Below the pieces are notes generated by a model. That model did no database searches, had not been told where the DNA came from, and worked only from the letters and a program-made list of their open reading frames with translations. The position numbers were made by a program, and so were the translations under genes. This document shows positions 49,101-59,617 of a stretch of DNA of 64,000 nt, in pieces (positions within the stretch are counted from its first letter, which is position 1; every line of letters begins with the position of its first letter). The stretch comes from Heterodontus francisci (Eukaryota). The stretch lies in NCBI RefSeq assembly GCF_036365525.1, contig NC_090375.1, positions 114,398,257-114,462,256 of the forward strand, in the 5' to 3' direction.

Positions 49101-52100
49101 TGCAGCAAGACTTGGACAATATTGGGCTTGGGCTGATAAGTGGCAAGTAACATTCGCGCCACCCAAGTGCCAGGCAATGACCATCTCCAACAAGAGAGAA
49201 TCTAACCATCTCCCCTTGACATTGAATGGCATTACCATCGCTGAATCCCCCACTATCAACATCCTAGGAGCTACCATTGACCAGAAACTGAACTGGAGTA
49301 GCCATATAAATACCGTGGCTACAAGAGCAGGTCAGAGGCTAGGAATCCTGAGGCAAGTAACTCACCTCTTGACTCCCCAAAGCCTGTCCACCATCTACAA
49401 GGCACAAGTCAGGAGTGTGATGGAATACTCTCCACTTGCCTGGATGGGTGCAGCTCCAACAACACTCAAGAAGCTCAACACCATCCAGGACAAAGCAGCC
49501 CGCTTGATTGGCACCCCATCTACAAACATTCACTCCCTCCACCACCGACGCACAGTGGCAGCAGTGTGTACCATCTACAAGATGCACTGCAGCAACGCAC
49601 CAAGGCTCCTTAGACAACACCTTCCAAACCCGCGACCTCTACCAGCTAGAAGGACAAGAGCAGCAAATACATGGGTACACCACCACCTGCAAGTTCCCCT
49701 TCAAGTCACACACCATCCTGACTTGAAACTATATCGCTGTTCCTTCACTGTCGCTGGGTCAAAATCCTGGAACTCCCTTCCTAACAGCACTGTGGGTGTA
49801 CCTACCTCACATGGACTGCAGCGGTTCAAGAAGGCAGCTCACCACCACCTTCTCAAGGGCAATTAGGGATGGGCAAGAAATGCTGGCCTGGCCAGCAATG
49901 CCCACATCCCATGACTGAATAAAAGAAAAGTAGGATTTTATCTTGTAGACATTTTGGTAAGTGACATGAGGGGAATTTATTATTTTTAAGTTTTCTATTT
50001 CATTTACTCTTTAAAGAGTTTTACTGGTATTTTCATTCATATTTCTAGTATAATTCTCTTCCATGTCATTGAAATCATCTAGTTCTTCATCTGACAAATG
50101 TTCTAACTTTATAATGTCTCCAACATGTGGTCATGCGTTATAATTGGTTCTAGGTTATACATAGAAATTCATATAGGTTTATGGCACAGAAGGACGTTCT
50201 GCCCATTGTGTCTATGCCACAAACAGAACTGATTTAATATGCTCTTGAAATTACCCAGGGCTGAATTTTCCCAGCCCATGTGTTGATGGATTTGGAGGTG
50301 GGGAACGGCAGGGAAAGTACCAGGAAGCCAAATGTGCCAAATATCTCAGTTCGCAGAACATACAATAGGCATGGGTGAGGCAAAAAAATTCAGCCAGGTT
50401 CCAATCCTGATTGTTGTAATTCCTACTAGAAAGTGTGCCTGTATGGGGATCAGGTGAAAACATAAGAAATAGGAGCAGGAGTAGGCCATTTGGCCCTTCA
50501 AGCCTGCTCTGCCTTTCAATACAATCACAGCTGATCATCTACAACTCCACCTTCCTGCATTATCCCAATATCCCTTAATTCCCATAGTACCCAAAAATCT
50601 ATCGATCCCTGTCTTGAATATACTCAATGACTGAGCATCCAGAGCTCTCTAGGGTGGAGAATTCCAAAGATTCACAACCCTTAAAGTGAAGCAATTTCTC
50701 CTCATCTAAATGGCCAACCCTATATTCTGAGACTGTGACCCTATGTTCTAGATTCCCCAACCGGGAGAAACATTTTCTCAGCGTCTACCCTGTCAAACCC
50801 CTTAAAAATGTTATGTTTCAATTAGATCACCTCTAAACTACAGGGAATATAGACCTACTCTACTCAATCTCTCCTCATCCCGGAACCAGTCGAGTGAACC
50901 TTGGTTGCACTCCCTCTAGGACAAATACGTTTTTCCTTATGGAAAGAAACTAAAACTGCAGGTGTGGCCTCACCAATGCCCTGTATCATTGTAGTAAGAC
51001 TTCTTTACTCTTATACAAATCCCTTTGTACCAAAAGCTAACATATACATTTGCCTTCCTAACTGCTTGCTGTACCTGCATGTTAACTTTCTTTCATTCAT
51101 GTACAAGGACACCCAGGTCCCTCTGAAGGCAAATATTTCCCAGTCTCTCACTACTCAATAAATATTCCAAACATGAAGGATTTGATCTTTTAATTCAGAA
51201 ACGAAGCATCTAGTTAGTCAGCTAACTGCTTAACCTGCAAATCAGTTTCCCTCTCCATATATGCTGCCTGACCTTCTGAATATTTCTAGCATTTTCTGTT
51301 TTTATTTTCAGATCTCTAGCACTGCAGCATTTTGCTTTTGTATTGGCCTCTGCAGAGCTGTTGACTATGCAAATGATTGAGCAAGCCAATATTGAGAGCA
51401 GGATGGCCTTGGCTGTGATATCTCCATCCCACCAATCCTAATACTCTAGACCCATGTACAGAATTGGCAACTTGAAGTATTGAGAAGTCAGCAGTGTCTG
51501 TGAAATGTCTACAGGAGATAAAATTAACAAATATATATAAAATTTGCTACGTCTGTCACTGCAGAATGTTTGGCATGTAATTGTGTCAAGCGGTTATATA
51601 ATTTAGATCTAGTTGTTTTGTTTTTTCTTAACCAGACATAATTCCATGTTACCAGAAATAAAATATATTCGTAGTATAACGAAGACACTTTGCAGAGACT
51701 CTGTGGGCTATTTTCCCTGCTGTGGTCTCGGTAATTTAGGCGTTAAACAGTCTCTGAGGTGGCCAAGTAGGGGTCTTGAGTTGCAACAACTGTTTAGCCC
51801 ATCTTTAGTGCAGGATGCCATCTTGGTAAAGGGAGTTGAAGCGTGCACTAGGAACAGCCTCCCCAAGGACGATAAATGTTCTGGTGACCAATTAAGTTGG
51901 CTTCTAATGCTCAATAAAGAGACTGCACATCATTTTGCTGGCTAGCGCTGCAATTAACAACCTCTCCTAGTAGTGCCAGCTGAACAAGATCAAAGAGGCT
52001 GAGAATTACGAGCACTACTTAAAGCCATGCTCAGCCTTCACTGGTCATTTGCTGCTGGAGGTCAATTAACTACACTGCGTTTGAAAAGGACTTTTGATAG

Positions 52101-55100
52101 ACATTGGGAGACTTTCTGGAACACTGATAAGACTTCACCAATAATATCAAAATTTATTCTGGGTATTCTCTGAGGACTTCGCCTATTCTATTGGAGACCT
52201 TATAGGAGTTAAAAGGAGAAAGGCAGTGGTTGTTCATGGGGATCTTGCTAACTTCCCCCTTGGTCTGGAGGAAGTGCTGTGGCCAGAAGAGCAGCACCAG
52301 CGGCTGGAGGGAAGATGAAGTGGAGAGCTCCAGATTCATGGCGGCTGGCTGTATGCTTCACAATCTGGCAATCATGAGAGACCCACGTTGCAACCAGCAA
52401 TTCTGCCAGTGGGTCAAGGAAGAGGAGAAAAAGGAGGAGATTCAGGAGCAGGAGGAACACAAGGAGGAACAGGGGAAGCACCAGAGGCTTCCAGGTAGAC
52501 AGCCCATACCTGCGAGGGATGTTCACCGCCATCTAATTGAAGACCACTGTAAGGCAGGTCACTGAGGCTCTGCATGCAAAGACAGCTGAATACATTTCAT
52601 TCTGTCTTTCCAGAGAAAAGTAGGCAGAATGAGCAATAAAAACAAGAAATGCTGGAAATACTCAGCAGGTCTGGCAGCATCTGTGGAGAGAGAAGCAGAG
52701 TTAACGTTTCAGGTCAGTGACCCTTCTTCAGAACTAGCAAATATTAGAAATATGAAAGGTTATAAGCAAGTAAAGCGGGGGAGGGGCAAGAGATAACAAA
52801 GGAGAAGGTGTAAATAGGACAAAGTCACAGAATAACTGACCAGAAAGTCATGGAGCAAAGGCAAACAATATGTTAATGGTGTGTTGAAAGACAAAGCATT
52901 AGTACAGATAGGGTGTTAATAGACTGAAAATTGAACAGCCGCAAGTATAAACATGAAAAAAAAACAGTGGGTAAGCAAACTGAACAAACTAAGATGAAAT
53001 AAAATAAACACAAAAAAAAATTATAAAAAAGGAAAAAGAAAAAAAAAACTGAAAATAAAAGTAAAATGGAGCCCGTCATGCTCTGAAATTATTGAACTCA
53101 ATGTACAGTCTGGCAGGCTGTAGTGTGCCTAACGGGTAAATGAGATGCTGTTCCTCGAGCTTGTGTTGATGTTCACTGGAACACTGCAGCAATCCGAGGA
53201 CAGAGATGTGAGCATGAGAGCAGGGCGGAGTGTTGAAATGGCAAGCAACCTGAAGCTCGGGGTCCTGCTTGTGGACTGAGCAGAGGTGTTCTGCAAAGCG
53301 GTCACCCAGTCTGCGTTTGGTCTCCCCAATATGGAGGAGACCACATTGTAAGCAGTGAATACAGTATACTACATTGAAAGAAGTACAAGTAAATCGCTGC
53401 TTCACCTGAAAGGAGTGTTTGGGGCCAGGGACAGTGAGGAGAGAGGAGGTAAATGGGCAGGTATTACACCTCCTGCGATTGCAGGGGAGGTTGCCGTGGG
53501 AAGGGGACGAGGTGGTGGGGGTAATGGAGGAGTGGACCAGGGTGTCAAGGAGGGAACGATCCCTTCGGAATGCTGACAGGGGAAGGGAGGGGAAGATGCG
53601 TTTGGTAGTAGCATCATGCTGGAGGTGGCGGAAATGGCGGAGGATGATCCTTTGGATATGGAGGCTGATGGGGTGGAAAGTGAAGACAAAGGGAACCCTG
53701 TCGCAGTTCTGTGAGGGAGGGGAAGGGGTTAGGATAGAGATGCGGGAAATGGGCCGGACACGGTTGAGGGCCCTGTCAACCACAGTGGGGGGCAATCCTC
53801 AGTTGAGGAAAAAGGAAGACATATCAGAAGTGCTGTCATGGAAGGTAGCATCATCAGAGCAGATGCGTCGGAGACAGAAAAACTGGGAGAATGGAATGGA
53901 GTCCTTACAGGAGGCAGGGTGTGAAGTAAGTGTAGTCGAGGTAGTTGTGGGAGTCAGTGGGCTTATAATGGATATTAGTAGACAGCCTATCCCCAGAGAT
54001 GGAGATAGAGAATTGAGGAAGGGAAGGGAAGTGTCAGAGATGGACTATGTAAAGGTGAGAGAAGGGTGAAAATTAGAAGCAATACCACTACCAAATGCAT
54101 CTTCCCCTCCCTTCCCCGTCAGCATTCCGAAGGGATGGTTCTGTCCGTGACACCCTGGTCCACTCCTCCATTACCCCCACCACCTCGTCCCCTTCCCATG
54201 GCACCTTCCCCTGCAATCGCAGGAGGTGTAATACCTGCTCATTTACCTCCTCTCTCCTCACTATCCCTGGCCCCAAACACTCCTTTCAGATGAACAGCGA
54301 TTTACTTGTACTTCTTTCAATGTAGTATACTGTATTTGCTGCTCACAATGTGGTCTCCTCTACATTGAGGAGACCAAACGCAGACTGGGTGACCGCTTTG
54401 CGGAACACCTCCGCTCAGTCCGCAAGCAGGACCCTGAGCTTCCGATTGCCTTGCCATTTCAACACTCCCCTCTGCTCTCATACTCACATCTCTGTCCTGG
54501 GCTTGCTGCAGTGTTCCAGTGAACATCAATGCAAGCTCGAGGAACAGCATCTCATTTACTGATTAGGCACACTACAGCCTGCCGGACTGAACATTGAGTT
54601 CAGTAATTTCAGAGCATGACAGCCCCCCCATTTTACTTTTATTTTCTGTCTTTTTTTCTTTTTTTATATTTTTTTGTGTTTATTTTATTTTATTTCATCT
54701 TAGTTTGTTCAGTTTGCTTACCCACTTTTTTTTCATGTTTGTACTTGCGGCTGTTCAATTTTCAGTCCATTAACACCCTATCTGTACTAATGCTTTGTCT
54801 TTCAACACACCATTAATATATTGTTTGCCTTTGCTCCATGACCTTCTGGTCAGCTATTCTGTGACCTTGTCCTATTTACACCTTCTCCTTTGTTATCTCT
54901 TGCCCCACTCCCGCTTTACTTGCTTATAACCCTTTACATTTCTAATATTTGCTAGTTCTGAAGAAGGGTCACTGACCTGAAACGTTAACTCTGCTTCTGT
55001 CTCCACAGATGCTGCCAGACCTGCTGAGTATTTCCAGCATTTCTTGTTTTTATTTCAGATTTCCAGCATCTGCAGTATTTTGCTTTTATTTTAGGCAGAA

Positions 55101-56826
55101 TGAGCACACAGGTTTGCCAGGATTGCAGGTTTCCCCACGGTGCAGGGTGCTATTGACTGCACACAAGTCGATCTGTGAGCACTGGATGTTAATTCTGAGA
55201 TGTACTGCAACCAGAAGGGCTTCCACTCCCTCACTATCCAGCTGGTAGTCCACTGCACCATCTGCATTTGAACCATGAGACACCAGAGGATGGCTACAGG
55301 GCTATTGGCTAACCACCTGGCTCGTGTCTGATGAGCAATCCATCCACATGTGGGCAGTATGCATATAACGAGAGCCATGCTGCCACATGAAATGTCATTG
55401 AACAGACCAATGGGATGCTTAACCAACACTTCCAATGTCTGGACGGCTCTGGAGGATCCCTGCAGTACTCACCAGAGCATGTGTCAAAATTCTTTGTGAT
55501 CTGCTGCACCCTGCACAACCTCACTATCATGACAGCATATCCCTTACCACCAGGTATACAGTGAGTAGCTGAGGCGGAGGAAGGGAAGAAGCAGCCAACC
55601 CAGCCCCTTCCAGCTGCGCTATTCATGATTGTCTCATACAACTGTGGTACCAGTGAACACTACCCCACTTCCCATTCACCAACAGTCCCAGACTTTACCT
55701 CCCCTCTGTTCCTGATGATCACAGCATCCTCTTGGCCACAATGCAGAAATAAAAGGCACCACAAAACAAACATTCCAAACCAACTTCATAAGTCAAACCA
55801 TCCAGTATTCCATACAAAAGTCAATTAATCGTTGTTGTGCCTTCACTTAGTGCCTGTCATCCATATACCTTTGCCTGTCCTGGTGCCCCTACACAATGCT
55901 TGCCCAGTGGCTGCAGCATGGCTGGTGGAAAGCTGATGACTTTCAGTGGGGGTGACTGAGGATGACCTTGAGCAACTCTGGCCCTAGAAGACCCAGCTTT
56001 GGACTGCACCATCTTGGCATCGGTAGCAGCAGTCTGTGATGGCTGACTGACAGGTAACAGCAAGGGCACTAGTGGGAGCACAAGTGCTGTCATACTGAGA
56101 AGGACAGCAGTTTTGTGCTCCACAAAGCCACTGTCACACCCCGTAGTTTCTTTAGTAAGGAGTGTGAGAGGCCAGGCTTTGGAATTGTTATTAGGAAGGA
56201 GGGACTGAGTGGGAGTACAGGCTGACAGGGAGCCAGCCAGGTGCTTAGCAACAGAGAATGGAGGTGAGCTAAATTACCCACCCTTTTCTAGTACAGGATG
56301 GCAGTGATACTAGCAGGCCAAGGCCATGAAAGGTGTAGCTATGGAACAAGACTGCTGAGGATGATCTAGAAGTAGGACTGGGAAGGGACAATGCGTAAGA
56401 ACAGTTGTCCAGAAAGCTATCTGGGAACTTGCCACCCATGGGTCACCAGCCAATCACATGAAGGCAAAAGAACCACAAACCAAATTGCTCGAAGAGTAAC
56501 AGAGGCTTGGATGCAGAATTTAAAAGAGCAGTCAGATAGCTAAAAGAAAATCTGAACTCTCTTTTTAATAATATGCAAACTCTTTTCCAATTGAAAAGTA
56601 AAGTTTAAATTTCTTCACTGTATTCCACACAGGAAAGATGTTTAAAGTTCTTGACACTCTCTCTTGTCTGTAGTCATGCACTGGAGTCCTACACAGCTCT
56701 TCCTTACAACTTACGATCGCCATGCCCCCCAAACCCAATCAATCGTCCAGCTTATCAAGGGAGCAACCCTATCAGTGATGTATGGTCCATGCACGCGCTA
56801 AGAATTGTGGCCAAGTACATGAAAAG
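19094..56826 (+). CDS. ADHFE1: Hydroxyacid-oxoacid transhydrogenase (iron-containing ADH family), exons 1-9, 3'-partial: join(19094-19146,25811-25848,27286-27329,27434-27487,31616-31770,35771-35967,38827-38904,45609-45714,56674-56826)
   Basis: Nine GT-AG exons join in frame (878 nt) to [30 protein letters not shown]...[15 protein letters not shown]...[11 protein letters not shown]...[13 protein letters not shown]...GFDVLCHALESY...[11 protein letters not shown], collinear with vertebrate ADHFE1. Confidence 0.96.
19607..24558 (-). mobile_element. Full-length decayed Gypsy/Ty3 LTR retrotransposon in ADHFE1 intron 1
   Basis: LTRs at 24295-24558 and 19607-19757 (TGTTGTAT...ATACAACA); PBS-like TGGTGAACAG; PPT GGGAAGAGA; flanks gatta/gatca. 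Domain order: gag ([23 protein letters not shown]), Zn knuckle [14 protein letters not shown], protease LDTGAS, RT HMDDIL, RNase H (IEKE..TDHKPL), integrase ([24 protein letters not shown]). Many stops and frameshifts. Confidence 0.93.
24660..24845 (-). mobile_element. 3' end of the LINE family seen at 46672-49925
   Basis: Reverse complement of 49745-49925 (VAGSKSW..LP.STVG.PT..GLQ.FKK..HHH). Confidence 0.75.
24860..25446 (+). mobile_element. CR1 ORF2 internal fragment
   Basis: [19 protein letters not shown] and [13 protein letters not shown]. Confidence 0.75.
25811..25848 (+). CDS. ADHFE1: ADHFE1 exon 2
   Basis: cctag|[14 protein letters not shown]|gtaat; 38 nt. Confidence 0.92.
26395..26975 (+). 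mobile_element. CR1 (HER1-like) 3' end
   Basis: [32 protein letters not shown] and the 3' tail gaggggccgagtggcctactc...ttcttatgtt. Confidence 0.85.
27286..27329 (+). CDS. ADHFE1: ADHFE1 exon 3
   Basis: ttccag|[16 protein letters not shown]|gtac; 44 nt. Confidence 0.9.
27434..27487 (+). CDS. ADHFE1: ADHFE1 exon 4
   Basis: tttcag|[18 protein letters not shown]|gtaag; 54 nt. Confidence 0.95.
27839..31250. mobile_element. Decayed PIF/Harbinger DNA transposon: transposase (+, about 28300-29380) convergent with a spliced Myb/SANT-like gene (-, about 29700-31110)
   Basis: + strand: [70 protein letters not shown]. - strand: [31 protein letters not shown]|GTGAGT...AG|[12 protein letters not shown]. 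Outer boundaries are approximate. Confidence 0.8.
31616..31770 (+). CDS. ADHFE1: ADHFE1 exon 5
   Basis: tgtag|[25 protein letters not shown]...[10 protein letters not shown]|gtaag; 155 nt. Confidence 0.96.
32442..32797. mobile_element. hAT-superfamily MITE (356 bp)
   Basis: TIRs TAAAGGCCTGCT / AGCAAGCCTTTA (11/12); 8-bp flanks caccacca/ctccacca; many subterminal GTCGGG/CCCGA repeats. Confidence 0.8.
32810..34715 (+). mobile_element. Old CR1 fragment (ORF1 end, endonuclease, linker) containing an HE1 SINE
   Basis: Decayed LYSNA..TETW..GGGVAVL..ESMWIEI..VGVVHR and [25 protein letters not shown] motifs. Confidence 0.7.
33009..33362 (+). mobile_element. Full-length HE1-like V-SINE
   Basis: A box tggcgcagtgg, B box ggttcaattc, V-domain and CR1-type tail. 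Confidence 0.88.
34715..35545 (-). mobile_element. Penelope-like RT fragment
   Basis: [87 protein letters not shown]. Confidence 0.88.
35771..35967 (+). CDS. ADHFE1: ADHFE1 exon 6
   Basis: ttag|[35 protein letters not shown]...PLIA-G|gtggg; 197 nt; GGGS cofactor-binding motif. Confidence 0.97.
36585..36812. repeat. Pyrimidine-rich low-complexity tract
   Basis: About 230 nt almost entirely C/T on the + strand. Confidence 0.8.
37224..37672 (+). mobile_element. Deu-domain SINE, near full length
   Basis: Collinear with 9312-9764, ending in the uninterrupted tatataaatgcaagtc tail. Confidence 0.8.
37688..38470. mobile_element. Probable non-autonomous Harbinger-related element with an internal ~71-bp tandem repeat (about 38085-38245)
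   Basis: Starts taa-GGGGGTAATTTTAAC, like 27839, and shares the ggtttccctgg.ctca..aa block with 28093 and 1990. The repeat cagcaccatcttcccct.gccccctccactgtgatc occurs twice. Confidence 0.45.
38827..38904 (+). CDS. ADHFE1: ADHFE1 exon 7
   Basis: cctag|[28 protein letters not shown]|gtata; 78 nt. Confidence 0.97.
38970..43168. mobile_element. Second decayed Harbinger element: transposase (+, about 39490-41050) and Myb/SANT-like gene remnants (-, about 41300-42830)
   Basis: + strand: [35 protein letters not shown] and EVTEAVYS|MRANN. - strand: acceptor cag|[16 protein letters not shown] at 42827. Boundaries are approximate. Confidence 0.7.
39918..40397. mobile_element. MITE nested in the Harbinger transposase
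   Basis: Imperfect TIRs gggtggaatctt / aagtttctgccc with 3-bp flanks tat/aat; removing it restores the transposase reading [14 protein letters not shown]. Confidence 0.6.
43189..45100 (-). mobile_element. Stack of CR1 fragments (about 43189-43590, 43600-44510, 44830-45100)
   Basis: Minus-strand [40 protein letters not shown] and CR1 3' tails. Confidence 0.8.
45609..45714 (+). CDS. ADHFE1: ADHFE1 exon 8
   Basis: tttag|[38 protein letters not shown]|gtaagt; 106 nt. Confidence 0.97.
45975..46330 (+). mobile_element. CR1 3' end
   Basis: [24 protein letters not shown] plus 3' tail. Confidence 0.85.
46672..49925 (+). mobile_element. Near full-length CR1/L2-group LINE: tRNA-like head and a single frameshifted APE-RT ORF
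   Basis: B box GGTTCAAATCC at 46732-42. APE motifs [36 protein letters not shown] motifs [32 protein letters not shown] stop at 49866, then a short 3' UTR and A-rich tail. Confidence 0.88.
50459..51165 (-). mobile_element. CR1 3' fragment
   Basis: Tail aacataagaaataggagcaggagtaggcc and decayed similarity to 60667-61400. Confidence 0.8.
52699..52735 (-). ncRNA. Putative minimal type-I hammerhead ribozyme (antisense copy)
   Basis: Exact reverse complement of 54954-54990. Confidence 0.55.
54954..54990 (+). ncRNA. Putative minimal type-I hammerhead ribozyme
   Basis: AGTT-CTGAAGA-a-gggtc/act/gacct-GAAA-CGTT-AACT: CUGANGA and GAAA cores, stem II hairpin, stem I AGTT/AACT, self-complementary ACGT stem III, GUU cleavage triplet. 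Confidence 0.6.
56674..56826 (+). CDS. ADHFE1: ADHFE1 exon 9
   Basis: tgtag|[53 protein letters not shown]|gtaat; 153 nt. Confidence 0.97.
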
Positions 56827-57783
56827 GTAATGCAAAGCCTATTATCTCTGCTATTAATGCTACAGCCTTTCATAATTTTGTGTTTTTTGTACGGGGAGGA
56901 GTACTGCTTATGAAGAAATTACTTAAGATGTCAAATTTAAATTATTGAAAAAGAAAGTGTTTTCCAGAAAAGAGTTGGGATTTGTAATGTGTGTTCATAG
57001 TGCTGATTATACTATTAGCCCCTGGCTGCTGCCAATCACAAAGATAAACAACAGAGGTCGGCGTAGTAATTCCAGAAACAGTGATCATCAACATGAGTCT
57101 AAGTAAGAAAAAAATGTTTAAAATCTATTATGGGGAGCAAAATTAATTTTATTGTTCAGAGTTACTTACCTCCTGCAATATGTTGGGAAAAAATGAAATG
57201 TTGCATCTTCAAATGTAACCAATATGTAATCATCTATAGTTTACAGGTTAGTGTTTGGTTTATCCTGTACAGCTAACTTGTTTTCTTCTGTGTTTCTTTT
57301 CTAATTTACTGTACACTGTACATGGTTAAAGTTAAAAAGAAAATTGTATATTTATTACACTTTGGGTAAATGCTACAGGACTGAATTTATGAACAACTGT
57401 TTTGTTTGTAGAGTACAATTTTTAGCCCAGGTGGGTCACTTGACACCACATATTGAATTCACATCAAGAGGGAAGAATTGCCCAAAGTGATGACCTCCCT
57501 TGGTTCATGATCAGTCTAAATGACAAGCAGTTGGGATGGGGAAGGAGAGGATGACCAACCTAACCTCCAACAGGAGCTCTAACATTTCTTAGTGTGACCA
57601 TTACAAGGGAGGAGAGAGGGCAGGAAGAGTTGCCTTTTTGAATCTTGTACCTGCTGATCACAAGACATCTTAGAGAAGTGTGTGACCTAGCATAACATAA
57701 CAGAAGAAACTGCATGACAATGAGTGAACTGCAAGGGAGGAGAAAAGGGCAATCTATAAAGATGGTATTATTAGGCTGGTGTA

Positions 57784-58671
57784 TGTCATGGTCCTGTAGT
57801 TTTTTTTTCGGGAATATGCGATGTACCTTTAAGGCTTTCAAAGGATCAGTACTGCTTTAAGAACCAGCAGGCCTCCGAAGTTACCGAGAAGGTGCATTTT
57901 CGTTGCCTTGGATACAGCCACTTGGATTGAGCATCATGCGATACATTTATTACAATTCAATTTTGAACTGGCTTTTAGTTGAAGACAGTCTGTTCTAACA
58001 GAGAACACAGATAGACAGTTGGTGTTAGCACCTGAAAAAAGAGCTCTCAGCCATTTAAACTGAAGGAAGAGAATTGTCTGTTTAATTATTATTATCTCTC
58101 AAAATTCAAAAAAAAAAAGTCAAGCCAAAACACAGATCTCTGGTAATTTAAACTGAAGGAAGGCAAGTTAGACTGACAATCTTTTATCCCTCAAAAGCTC
58201 TAAAGTCAGATTGATTCTATTGAAAGTGTTTGCAAGTTGTTAATTGTTGAAATTCACTGGAGAAGGAAAGCATCACTTACTGCTGGAATTAGACTACGGA
58301 CTGTTCTACTGTGGAAGAACCTTTATTTTCCCCATCGGGCATTTGTGAGGACTTCAACATTGGACTGTAAATTTGCAAATACTCTTAATTTTTTCCATTT
58401 TAAATGTTGTTTATATCTTCATAGTATTTAAGAATTTTGTTTTTTTAATTAAACAGTTAAGTTGTTTTAAAGATACCTGGTTTGGTTAGCCTCATTCGGG
58501 GGTTAATAAATAGTACAATTTGACTGGGTCTTTCTTTAATTTGGAAAGTTTAAAACGATATGTTAGGTGATCTGTGGAGAGACGGGATTGAATTAACAGT
58601 GCGTTTCTCCCACCACAATCAGAATTGTATATTTTGATTGGGGGCTTTGACTGGAGTGGTCGGTCATAACA
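57784..58671 (+). mobile_element. Solo LTR, same family as 17348-18314
   Basis: TGTCATG...CATAACA termini; collinear with the 17348 copy; AATAAA near 58505. No clear TSD. Confidence 0.8.
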
Positions 58672-58802
58672 TTAACATATTTATACATAAATTGCTGGTG
58701 TATTTGAAAGTCCTTTGAAAGTACTTTTTTGAAAATAACAGTGAAACTTTTTTCACATATTAAAACATAATTACTTGTATATTAAGGTCCAGGCTATTAG
58801 GT

Positions 58803-59272
58803 CAGTGTTTCTCAAACATTTTTGATTGAAGAATCCCTTTCTCTAAATGGATTAGTAAACACAGACCCCACCCCCCCCCCCCCCCAGTATAAATTATAAA
58901 ACACTATCTATTACTTATAATATGAAAGCTTTGCATGTAAAGAGTGTTTTAATAATGTTTAGAAGAAAACAGGTATTTCTTTGAGTTTAAGTGTTAGTAC
59001 TTTAATATTTAAACAAAACTCTCCTCTTGAACAAGGCTGAACTTATCTCGTGCGCACCATCAGCCTTCATAACTGTGGATCAACCTGGCAATTTTCCTGC
59101 CTTTCTCAGCACTCTTCCATGCACGCTTCCCTCTGAGGTGAGACAGCCAGCCCACTCTGCACTGCACATGCCTCCCAGCTCGCACCAAGCTTGCCTTAGT
59201 AAGCACTTTCAGATTATTTTGTAGACCCCCAGCATGACCCTGGGTTTGCAGACCCCAGTTTGAGAACCACTG
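58803..59272. mobile_element. hAT (Charlie-like) MITE, 470 bp
   Basis: TIRs CAGTGTTTCTCAAAC / GTTTGAGAACCACTG (14/15); 8-bp flanks tattaggt/tatgaggt. Confidence 0.85.
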
Positions 59273-59617
59273 TATGAGGTTATTTTAAGTAAAATATGTG
59301 ACATGAGCACATATTATTAAATTTCTGATAATCGAAGCACCTCGAACAATGTTTGTTGCATTGATAGATTTTCCCTGTCTTCATCTTATATTTGATTAAC
59401 TGTAAATTCAACTTTATGTCATGTCTGTCCTACAGCAAGCCTGAACCTTGCAGCTGGGTAAAGTCAAGTTAACCTGTCATACTGATCAGTTTGTTTGGGA
59501 TTAAAGTTGTATGTAAATGATTTTTCTTCCATGCTGGAGCAAAATATTTTTTCTATATACAAATGAAAGATGTAGATATGTTACGAAATCATGATGCATC
59601 GAACTCATGATCAAGGT

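Larger units (their letters stand above)
52636..55091. mobile_element. Penelope-like element with ~975-bp inverted arms and a 15-bp TSD
   Basis: taggcagaatgagca at 52621-52635 and 55092-55106. Arm 52636-53614 (-) is the reverse complement of arm 54082-55053 (+). ORF 53076-53795 (-) has a GIY-YIG nuclease ([29 protein letters not shown]). The spacer encodes the RT C-terminus. Confidence 0.93.
51700..56282. mobile_element. Third decayed Harbinger element, split by the Penelope insertion
   Basis: CMLHNLAI near 52350. After the insertion: [64 protein letters not shown]. 55850-56140 resembles 41270-41570. Boundaries are approximate. Confidence 0.65.

Noticed and set aside
53076-53795. Possible domesticated GIY-YIG nuclease gene
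   Set aside because: Part of a TSD-bounded, 5'-truncated transposon without a promoter; the mirror copy is frameshifted.
53419-54069. 216-aa + strand ORF
   Set aside because: Antisense frame of the Penelope ORF; composition reflects the C-rich coding strand.
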